Shown piece after piece: positions 46,239 through 54,628 of a stretch of 57,307 nucleotides of DNA. Under the pieces are notes generated by a model, which was not told the DNA's origin, searched no databases, and was given only the letters and a program-made list of their open reading frames with translations. Source of the DNA: an uncultured Gammaproteobacteria bacterium (GTDB taxonomy: Bacteria; Patescibacteriota; Patescibacteriia; UBA9570; JBBTWU01); contig CAYIMB010000003.1 of assembly GCA_964364425.1 (NCBI GenBank), forward strand, positions 1-57,307. Reading direction: 5' to 3'. Every line of letters starts with the position of its first letter. The stretch's first letter is position 1. The position numbers and the translations under genes were made by a program.

Positions 46239-48626
46239 ATGACCAAACTCTCTGACCTGGCGCAAAAGGTCTTCTTTGACCGGTACGCGCTCAAAAACTC
46301 CGAAGGCAAGCGCGTAGAAGACACACCAGAAGAAATGTGGCACCGCGTGGCCAAATCCATTTCAACCGTTGAATCTACTCCAGATAAACAGGAACATTGG
46401 GAAAAGGAATTTTATTCCATTCTGGATGGGTTTAAGTTTGTGCCGGCTGGTCGTATTTTGACCGGTGCTGGTTCAGGTGTGCCGCTCACCTATTATAACT
46501 GTTTTGTTATCCCATCTCCGGAGGATTCTCGTGGTGGTATTTTTGACTCAGTCAAAATGATGGTAGAAATTATGGCTCGTGGCGGTGGCGTGGGTGTGAA
46601 CTTGTCTTCCTTGCGACCTCGCGGTACGTACGTCAAAGGCGTGAACGGTACAGCTTCTGGTTCTGTGTCTTTTGGTGGTCTGTATAGCTTTGCCACCGGT
46701 TTGGTGATTCAAGGTGGATCTCGCCGTGGAGCCCTCATGCTCATGTTGAATGATCATCACCCAGACGTGGAAGAATTCATTACCGTCAAACGGACCATGG
46801 GCTTGGTCACCAACGCTAACTTGTCTGTGTGTTTATCTGATGCCTTTATGGACGCGGTTAAAGCGGACGCTGATTGGGATCTGCATTACGGCGGAAAGGT
46901 GTATAAGACCATCAAAGCTAAAAGTTTGTGGAATCTGATTTCTGAATCTGCTTGGGCTTCTGGTGAGCCAGGACTTATGTTCATTGACCGTTATAACAAA
47001 CAATCCAACTCTTGGTACTTTGAGAAAATCATTGCTACCAACCCATGTGGTGAACAAGGTCTTCCAGCCTGGGGCGTATGTAACTTAGGCGCCATCAACT
47101 TAGGCAACTTCGTTCAAGATGAAAAAATTGCTTGGGATGACCTGCGCCGCACCGTACGTATCTCTATGCGTTTCTTGGACAACGTAGTGGATTCAACCTA
47201 TTACTTTTTTGATGAAAACAAGAAACAACAGAAATCCATTCGCCGCACTGGTTTAGGGACCATGGGTTTGGCCGACCTGTTGATCAAAATGAAAGTACGC
47301 TACGGTTCAGCCAGAGCGATTGAGATTTGTGACGAGGTATACCAGTTCGTTCGAGATGAAGGGTACCGCATGTCCATGGAGATTGCTCAGGAAAAAGGAC
47401 CGTTCCCTATGTTTGATAAAGAGAAATTTGCGCAAGGTGTGTTCATCAAACGCTTGCCAGAAGATCTGCAAAAATCGATCTACAAGCACGGTATCCGCAA
47501 TGGTGTTATTTTGACCCAAGCTCCCACCGGTACCACCTCTATCTTAGCCAACGCTTCTTCCGGAATTGAACCAGTGTATGATTTTGCCTTTAAACGCAAA
47601 GACCGGTTGGGTGAACATGTGGTGTACTACCCCATGTATAAGGATTGGTTAGATGCAAATCCAAATGCTGTGAAGCCAGACTACTTCACCACAGCTAAAG
47701 AGTTGACTCCAGAGGAACATGTCAACATGCAAGCCATCATCCAGAAGTACACTGACTCTTCCATCTCTAAGACGGTGAACGCTCCAGAAAGTCACACCAC
47801 AGAACAAGTACAAAGCCTGTACATGAAAGCGTATGATTTAGGCTGTAAAGGGATTGCCTATTTTCGGGATAACTCTCGTGATGTGTCGGTGTTGGAGTCT
47901 TTGGATAAAAAAGGAAAAGGGGAGGGAGAGAAAAGCGCAACACCGGTTGCGGCTCAAACTCAGCAACCGGTGTTGCGTCCACAACCAAAACCACGTCCAG
48001 AAGTGGTATACGGCGCAACGTACAAAGTGAAAACCGGATATGGAACGTTGTTTGTTACAGTCAACCATGATGAAGTTGGGCAACCGTTTGAAGTTTTTGC
48101 GACCATTGGCAAGGCCGGTGGATTCTTCCAAGCCAAATCTGAAGCTATCTGTCGTTTGATCTCCTTGGCTTTGCGATCCGGTTTAGATCCACGCACAGTG
48201 ATTGATCAAATCAAAGGTATCCGTGGGCCTATGCCAGCCTGGACCAGCAAAGGACAAATCCTTTCCATTCCTGATGCTATTGCACATGTCTTAGAGGAGC
48301 ACTTGCAAGGACCACAGTCTAAACTAGCCCTCAAGTTTGCGGAAGAAGCAAAGCTACAGGCTACTTCACAAGCTGACTTACTCAAAGAAGCCCACTTAGA
48401 ACCAGTGAAAGACATGACCGCTGGCCAAGAGGTTCCAAGCATGACCCAAGTCCAAGAAGCGCTAGTGGCCGGTGTGTCCGCAAAACCATCCGCCTCACTC
48501 AGTCGGTCTGGTGGATCCATAGCAGATCACGGCCTTGCCCCTGAATGTCCAGATTGTGGTGGTGTGTTGGCCTTACAAGAAGGTTGTCTCACTTGTCACG
48601 GTTGCGGATTCAGTAAGTGTACATAA
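46239..48626 (+). CDS. nrdJ: Class II (AdoCbl-dependent) ribonucleotide reductase with TSCPD domain and Zn ribbon
   Basis: NCFV, TNPCGEQ, CNLG, APTGT, SISKTVN; SIPD; C-terminal CxxC pairs. Confidence 0.93.
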   Translation: MTKLSDLAQKVFFDRYALKNSEGKRVEDTPEEMWHRVAKSISTVESTPDKQEHWEKEFYSILDGFKFVPAGRILTGAGSGVPLTYYNCFVIPSPEDSRGGIFDSVKMMVEIMARGGGVGVNLSSLRPRGTYVKGVNGTASGSVSFGGLYSFATGLVIQGGSRRGALMLMLNDHHPDVEEFITVKRTMGLVTNANLSVCLSDAFMDAVKADADWDLHYGGKVYKTIKAKSLWNLISESAWASGEPGLMFIDRYNKQSNSWYFEKIIATNPCGEQGLPAWGVCNLGAINLGNFVQDEKIAWDDLRRTVRISMRFLDNVVDSTYYFFDENKKQQKSIRRTGLGTMGLADLLIKMKVRYGSARAIEICDEVYQFVRDEGYRMSMEIAQEKGPFPMFDKEKFAQGVFIKRLPEDLQKSIYKHGIRNGVILTQAPTGTTSILANASSGIEPVYDFAFKRKDRLGEHVVYYPMYKDWLDANPNAVKPDYFTTAKELTPEEHVNMQAIIQKYTDSSISKTVNAPESHTTEQVQSLYMKAYDLGCKGIAYFRDNSRDVSVLESLDKKGKGEGEKSATPVAAQTQQPVLRPQPKPRPEVVYGATYKVKTGYGTLFVTVNHDEVGQPFEVFATIGKAGGFFQAKSEAICRLISLALRSGLDPRTVIDQIKGIRGPMPAWTSKGQILSIPDAIAHVLEEHLQGPQSKLALKFAEEAKLQATSQADLLKEAHLEPVKDMTAGQEVPSMTQVQEALVAGVSAKPSASLSRSGGSIADHGLAPECPDCGGVLALQEGCLTCHGCGFSKCT

Positions 48627-48652
48627 GCTAGAGAAAATCGAACTCAACAGGA

Positions 48653-48675
48653 AAGTGGGTGCAAAACGCCCACTT
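48653..48675 (+). terminator. Hairpin downstream of nrdJ
   Basis: AAGTGGGTG-CAAAA-CGCCCACTT (ends approximate). Confidence 0.45.
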
Positions 48676-48731
48676 ATCATGTTTGAAACAAATCTGTGGA
48701 CGGAAAGGGTTGGTGGGCGTAAACTGTCCTC

Positions 48732-49286
48732 ATGTGGGAGGAAGGTAAAATTCAAATTTATACCGGAGACGGCAAGGGCAAGACCACTGCCTCATTAGGT
48801 GCAGCCATTCGGGTGGCCGGTGCAGGGCTCAAGGCGGCCATTGTCTATTTTGATAAAGGTGGGAAGCATTACTCTGAGCGCAACATTTTAGATCAACTCA
48901 AGGCCAGTGGAGTTCCCATAGAATACGTGGCCACCGGAACTGACCGGATTAATCCGGAGACCGGGGTGTTTAGATTTGAAAATTTGCCAGAAGATGTGAC
49001 TGAAGCCAAGCGTGGTTTGGAAGTGGCTTTTAATTTTTTGCACCGCCAAGACCCGCCACGGCTGTTAGTCTTGGATGAAATTCTGAACGCCATTCGGGTG
49101 AAGTTACTCACGGTTGAAGATGTCTTGAGTTTGTTAGACCAAAAACCCAAATCTATGGAACTCATCCTCACCGGCCGAGAAATTCCTAAAAAAATCAAAG
49201 ACCACGCTGACTTGATCACAGAAATGAAGTTGCACAAACATTACTTTTACTCTGGGGTGAAGTCTCGGGAGGGGATTGAGTGGTGA
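48732..49286 (+). CDS. cobO: Cob(I)alamin adenosyltransferase CobO/BtuR, copy 2
   Basis: YTGDGKGKTTAS, VLDE, ILTGR, GIEW. Confidence 0.9.
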   Translation: MWEEGKIQIYTGDGKGKTTASLGAAIRVAGAGLKAAIVYFDKGGKHYSERNILDQLKASGVPIEYVATGTDRINPETGVFRFENLPEDVTEAKRGLEVAFNFLHRQDPPRLLVLDEILNAIRVKLLTVEDVLSLLDQKPKSMELILTGREIPKKIKDHADLITEMKLHKHYFYSGVKSREGIEW

Positions 49287-49768
49287 GCGGCAAGTCGATC
49301 TACACCGTACTGGATGACTTAGGCATTCGGTATACCGAGGTCAAACATCCCGCCCTGTTTACTAGTGCGGAGGGTGAGGCGTATTGGAAAGATATTCCGG
49401 GGATCAAAACCAAAAATTTGTTTTTGCGTAACCGCAAAGGGGATGTACATTATTTGGCCATTGTCCCGGTAGACAAGCGCGTTGATTTGAAACGGCTAGC
49501 CAAGGCACTTGGCGAGGTTCAACTCAGCTTTGCTTCGCCTGAGCGTTTACTCAAACATTTGGGACTCACGCCCGGTTCGGTTACGCCGTTTGGGTTGATG
49601 AATGATGCAGACCATTGCGTGCGGGTGTTACTAGACACGCAGGTTGCTCAAGCGGAAGAACAAGGATTTCATCCCAACATCAATACCGCTACTTTAAGCC
49701 TAAAAACAAAAGATCTGCACAAGTTTTTAGATTGGACCGGTTGTTCAGTCCAAATAATAGAACTGTAG
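49280..49768 (+). CDS. YbaK/ProX aminoacyl-tRNA editing protein
   Basis: KNLFL, LSFAS, PGSVTPFGL, FHPN.N. Confidence 0.88.
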   Translation: MVSGKSIYTVLDDLGIRYTEVKHPALFTSAEGEAYWKDIPGIKTKNLFLRNRKGDVHYLAIVPVDKRVDLKRLAKALGEVQLSFASPERLLKHLGLTPGSVTPFGLMNDADHCVRVLLDTQVAQAEEQGFHPNINTATLSLKTKDLHKFLDWTGCSVQIIEL

Positions 49769-49808
49769 ACCAGTTGTGCGGCTTTTAAGTTTGCGGTAAA
49801 CTACACTT

Positions 49809-51470
49809 ATGCGAAAGATTTTTTCATCTGTTGGAGTGATACTCATCACCTGCACGTTTGTGTCTCCGGTTGCGGCGGCTGGCAAGTATAACAGTTATGA
49901 CTATGAAAATAAGGTTCATAATTACCATTTGACCGAAACGGAAGTGTCATTTGATGGTTCGGTGGTGGTGGAAGTTTCAGATATTGATTCCAACACGCCA
50001 GACATTCTGACGGTGTTTACCCCAGATCAACAGAAGCCTGCCTGGACTTATGAGGACGCTGATCCAGAGGCTCCTATGTTTGATGTGGACATATCCAAAG
50101 ATAGTTCCACTATTGTGGTCTGTGGTGGAAAAATTTGGGTGTTTGACGTAGCTACGGAATCCCTGATCTGGGATTTAGAAGATGAAGCGAATGTGTGGGA
50201 TGCCTGTACCCTGTCAGAAGACGGGTCGGAGATTTACGTTGCAAACAGAGCTTCCAGCGTTGCTCACTTCACCCGCACCTCAAATGAGATTCAAGACTAC
50301 TGGACCATGGATGATGGTGGCTTTGTGACTGAGTTGAGTTTGTCGGAAGACGGAACGCATGTGTTAGCGGCGAATGACTATGCCTATACCTTGATAGACT
50401 TAACCAGTGGCGAGGTCATCTGGGAAGAGCCAAGTGATGATCAGATAGTGGGCGTTGGTTTGAATGAAGATGGTACCAAAGGGTTTATACTCACGGATGA
50501 ACATCTCGATTTTCTCAAGACCACATCCGGAAGTCCAGTCTGGAGCCGCTCCTTTGATCCAGACACCAACACCCCGCGAGCATCTATTTCTAACGACGGT
50601 TCACGTATAGTGTTGACCACGAATGATGAATACTTGGGGTTGAAGACGGCTAAGCATAGTGTTGCCTGGCGTTTTAAACGCAACGGCTCTGATACTACTT
50701 TAGGCATGTCTCAAAACGGAAAGTTTGCCGTGATCACGGAAGGGTTGGATTACATCTACTTGTTTGACTGGGATTTTAAGAAAAAACAACGGCCCATGCA
50801 TATTCGGACCGCTGTGTTTCCCCGCGGAGCTGGTTTGAGTGGTGACGGGTCGGCCCTGGCTTATACTCATGGGGATTTTCACTTTGAACAAATTCCCCCG
50901 GGTGTCTTGGTCACCAACCAGGATATTCCAGTCTATTCCGCCGGTATGAGTATGGACGTACAGTATTTTGTGTCTAACCCAGGAAAAAAAGCGGACTTGA
51001 AACTTAAAACGTCTTTAAGTTTGCCCCAGTTTTCTTTCCTGGATGATTTAGGCGCCTCTGTAGACGGAGAACCAGCGGGTGTAAAAATGAAACTGCTGGA
51101 ATACGCCAACAAAACCTTGCCTGGGTATGAGGTGGTAGATGAACAAGCTGTGACTTTGAAAGCACACACCTCAAAGGCTATAGAAACTTCCTTTACGGTT
51201 CCAGATATGATCACTCCGGATTGGTTAGGCGACCTATTGGACCTCCTAGGGTTGGACAACGTATTTGATGACTTGATGGGTGAGTTGGCGGCACCGTTAT
51301 CTGGCTTAGTGAATAGTGGTTTGTCAGATGCCATGACTGAACAAGCCAACTCAAGCAAAGCAGAAGGCGTTTTCCCACTCTTAGGTCTAGCCAAAATTCA
51401 ACTCTATGATCCGGACAATAATGAAGTGTATAGTCAGGATTCGTTTATGTTCTTGTATTTAGCTTATTAG
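49809..51470 (+). CDS. Secreted beta-propeller (PQQ/WD40-like) protein
   Basis: Signal peptide; repeated S.DG and W motifs. Confidence 0.75.
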   Translation: MRKIFSSVGVILITCTFVSPVAAAGKYNSYDYENKVHNYHLTETEVSFDGSVVVEVSDIDSNTPDILTVFTPDQQKPAWTYEDADPEAPMFDVDISKDSSTIVVCGGKIWVFDVATESLIWDLEDEANVWDACTLSEDGSEIYVANRASSVAHFTRTSNEIQDYWTMDDGGFVTELSLSEDGTHVLAANDYAYTLIDLTSGEVIWEEPSDDQIVGVGLNEDGTKGFILTDEHLDFLKTTSGSPVWSRSFDPDTNTPRASISNDGSRIVLTTNDEYLGLKTAKHSVAWRFKRNGSDTTLGMSQNGKFAVITEGLDYIYLFDWDFKKKQRPMHIRTAVFPRGAGLSGDGSALAYTHGDFHFEQIPPGVLVTNQDIPVYSAGMSMDVQYFVSNPGKKADLKLKTSLSLPQFSFLDDLGASVDGEPAGVKMKLLEYANKTLPGYEVVDEQAVTLKAHTSKAIETSFTVPDMITPDWLGDLLDLLGLDNVFDDLMGELAAPLSGLVNSGLSDAMTEQANSSKAEGVFPLLGLAKIQLYDPDNNEVYSQDSFMFLYLAY

Positions 51471-51472
51471 GT

Positions 51473-53035
51473 ATGCTGCATCAAATCGCAAAGGGGATAT
51501 ACGGGTTAGCTTTACTCTCCTTAGTAGGTTTGTTTGCGGTTCCGGTTGATGCCGCAGTATCAACCATTACCACTGAATTTTCTGGCTCGGGGGACGAGCT
51601 GGTGTATGCCGCACGGATACGCGGCAGCAGCACAGATCCAGGTGGAGAAATGGCCATTGCCTACCCCAGCGAGGATCAATAGACCATATTTGTAACTGCG
51701 TATGATTCGTTGGAAACTTGGAGCGAAGTTACTTCTATTGATAATGAACCAGTGAGCGGGGCTTCCCAGGTATCCATGCGGCAACTTGGGATTTTGCCAG
51801 TCCGGACATATTGGATTGTGCACTGGGTGACTGATCATTTTGCATCTGACGGCACATTCGTACGTTCTACGTATCATGTGTGGGAAGTCGAGAGGGACGG
51901 TTCTCTAAATGACAGTGGAGTAACCACGGGGACTTGGGATGAAGAGAAAATTAAGAGTCATGCTACTGAAGCGGGGGAAGCTGTATTAGAAATAATTCCT
52001 GTTTCGCAACCGGATTATAATGGATATATTGTCATGTGGAGGGATGAGAATAAGATATATGCTAACGATTGGTGGATAGATTGGTATGAAGGGGATACAA
52101 AATTTCAACTTGATCATGGTGATATAACCGCAGGTTTGTTTCGGCAATCTTACTCAATCATTCCTTATACAACATCTCAATACGGTTATGCTCGTATTCC
52201 GTTTTTTGTTGCCTCACAAAACGAAGGTCAACTCCGTTATTCAAAATTTTCAGAAGGAACGAATGAAGTGGAAGCTGATTTTACAAAGACTTGGAATTTA
52301 GAAAATGCAGAAGGAGAAATTCTTGCCCCTTTGTTAGGCAGTGGAAAGCAATCTCATATATTTTTTAAGGATGGTGATACATTAGAATGGAAACAATTTG
52401 CTTCAAATGGAGATAAGTTGGATCAAGAGACAATCGCAGCGATAGATGGCCTAAGTGCGGAACAAATGAACGCTGTGTACAACCCTTATGGGGACGGTCA
52501 ATTGGTTGTTTCCTGGATCACGGGAGAAGGAGAGGATGCTTCCATCTATTATCGGTATTGGACTCCAAACACAGGGTGGAATGATGTGACTCTACTGGAT
52601 CAAAATATTGCTACGGGTTTGAAACCTTTGGTTCAAGGGTTTAAAAATGGGCGACTGCAAATCAGCTGGAAAGACCAAACTAATGCCGTATATGAGGTAA
52701 CGTATACTCCTTCGACCAAGACTTGGAGTGAAGCGCAGCAGGTGTTTTCCAATTCTTCCAATGTGCAGATAAAAAAACTGGAAAATCGATCTCTGGTTTC
52801 TGGCTCAGGAAAAAAATCTCTGATGTACATTCAAAAAAAGAATCGGCGTTATGTGAGACGTTGGAATATGGGATTAGGTCACCAGTTTGAGGATTATGCC
52901 TTACCTGAAGGATTTAATTTGCTTGAGCACACTGTTGTGAAACGGAAGGATTTCACCCCCTGGTATTTTGCCCTGGTGAAAGATGGTAAAACTCTTAAAA
53001 GTGTGATAGCAGAGGAAAACAGTCTGTTTGAGTAG
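51473..53035 (+). pseudogene. Secreted propeller-like protein interrupted by one in-frame TAG (51680-51682)
   Basis: ORFs 51473..51682 and 51710..53035 share a frame; signal peptide is in the first part. Confidence 0.7.
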
Positions 53036-53097
53036 ATATTTTGGTGTGGACTTGCGGGGTTCAGTGTGAGTGCTAGTATGTCTGGGCACTTGAACAA

Positions 53098-53170
53098 GTT
53101 CGTTTGGGAGGCAATGAGGTGTGAATCCTCAACAGTGCCGCTACCGTAAAGTCGGAAAACTCCAACGGAC
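53098..53170 (+). ncRNA. Compact cobalamin riboswitch
   Basis: GGGAG..GAGGTGTGAATCCTC-AACAGTGCCGCTACCGTAA-AGTCGGAAAA resembles the Cbl core and B12 box; closing stem GTTCGTTTGGGAG/CTCCAACGGAC. Confidence 0.75.
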
Positions 53171-53354
53171 AACATCAACTCATCTCCCGAGCAGGAGAGT
53201 GGAGGTCATATACCAAGAAGCCAGAGCTGTCTTGGTTCGCAGATCGAATTGCCCCAGATTTGCCGACCCCATAGCTGTGGTTTTTTGATTTCTATCCTCC
53301 TGCTCGTGAGAGAGCCTGTTGTCCCTGTCCCTGAACCCTGTCCCGAGGTCTGTC

Positions 53355-53960
53355 ATGTTCCGTTTTCTGTTTTTGGACCTGCTTCGCCCCTTGCGCCTGT
53401 TCCGGGCGCGTCTCCTGGTTCCGGAGGCTCACGCCCCCAGCTGCACCCCGCGCCAGGACTTTTACGTCCAGGCCCAGGTCCAGCCGGACGGCCGCCCCAA
53501 AGACCCCACCCGCCGCGACTCCTTCCGGGCCACGCTGGGCGGCTTCCCGCTGGTGTTGTTCGCCCTGAGCGCGGCCGCTGCTTCCACGCCCGGCTGCGTT
53601 CCCGGCCAGTCCAGCAGCCTCGCCGTGACCGAGGTGGACTCCTTCACCGTGGGCCAGACCAGCCAGGACGGGATGACCTTGGAGCTGGCGCTGATGAAGC
53701 GCGCCGACTCTCTGGGCGTCCAGCTCCGTTGGCATGACTCCGTGGCGCCGGATGCCGTGGACTGCGAACAGTCTATTGGCGGCCCGCGCCTGGTCCGCTG
53801 GGACTACCGCGAGGGCTCGTCCACGGACGCGCGGCACTACCTGTTTGAGGTGTACCAGGAGGACGGCGAGCCAATTGGCAACGAGCCCCAGCTCACGACC
53901 GTGCTTCGCGCCGGCTACACCGTGGTGGTGCTGGAGGTCAGCTCCGCCTCGTCCGTCTGA
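53355..53960 (+). CDS. Putative exported/lipoprotein, transcobalamin-like (DUF4430-like) C-terminus (GC-rich)
   Basis: GAGGT RBS; TRRDSF, hydrophobic stretch and PGC; downstream of the Cbl riboswitch. Confidence 0.55.
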   Translation: MFRFLFLDLLRPLRLFRARLLVPEAHAPSCTPRQDFYVQAQVQPDGRPKDPTRRDSFRATLGGFPLVLFALSAAAASTPGCVPGQSSSLAVTEVDSFTVGQTSQDGMTLELALMKRADSLGVQLRWHDSVAPDAVDCEQSIGGPRLVRWDYREGSSTDARHYLFEVYQEDGEPIGNEPQLTTVLRAGYTVVVLEVSSASSV

Positions 53961-53976
53961 GCCTGCCCGGCTCGTC

Positions 53977-54030
53977 TGCACCTTCAACCCCTGCTTGCTC
54001 CGTACTATCCAAGTGAAGTACGGAGCAAGC
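53977..54030 (+). terminator. TGCACCTTCAAC motif plus 14-bp perfect hairpin
   Basis: GCTTGCTCCGTACT...AGTACGGAGCAAGC. Confidence 0.6.
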
Positions 54031-54073
54031 TTCCCCCCGCATCTATTTTTTTATGCTAGAATAGTTTTGCTCT

Positions 54074-54628
54074 ATGAATCAAAAAATACTTCGTCTGATT
54101 TTTGCCTTCCTACTCATTTCTATTGGAATTAGCGGTCGGTTATTTATAGATATTCCCAACGTAGAAACCGTCACGGCCGTGACTTTGTTGGCCGGCGTGC
54201 TGTTGGGCGGGTCTTACCTCTGGCTCATTCCACTCTTGGTAGTGGGTTTGTCAGATATGGTGATAGGCAATGACCTGATTTTACTCTATACCTGGACTGG
54301 TTGGGTGATGATTGGCTTGATGAGCAAATGGATTCCTAAAGCCAGCAAATCGATTTTCACCCAGACCGCCTACCTGACCGGTGCTGGTGTAGTCTCAACG
54401 TTTTTTTTCTTTTTGTGGAGTAACTTTGGCGTGTGGCATTTGTCTGGCATGTATCCACACACTGCTATGGGTTTAGTGGCCAGCTACGTGATGGGATTAC
54501 CCTTCTTGAAATTCCAAATCCTGGGCAACCTGATGTTGGTTCCAGCAGTTAGCGTAGTGGTGTTGGGTGTGATGAAAGCGGTGAACGCAGTCCAACCAGT
54601 TAAGCAAACTCAATTAGAACGAATATGA
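54074..54628 (+). CDS. ECF S-component-like transporter (DUF6580/BtuM-like), probable cobalamin uptake
   Basis: R...PN motif, SNFGVW, Y..GLPF; about 6 TM helices; B12 context. Confidence 0.7.
   Translation: MNQKILRLIFAFLLISIGISGRLFIDIPNVETVTAVTLLAGVLLGGSYLWLIPLLVVGLSDMVIGNDLILLYTWTGWVMIGLMSKWIPKASKSIFTQTAYLTGAGVVSTFFFFLWSNFGVWHLSGMYPHTAMGLVASYVMGLPFLKFQILGNLMLVPAVSVVVLGVMKAVNAVQPVKQTQLERI

Noticed and set aside
51680-51682. Genome-wide stop-codon reassignment
   Set aside because: TAG, TGA and TAA all terminate conserved genes at expected positions in this window.
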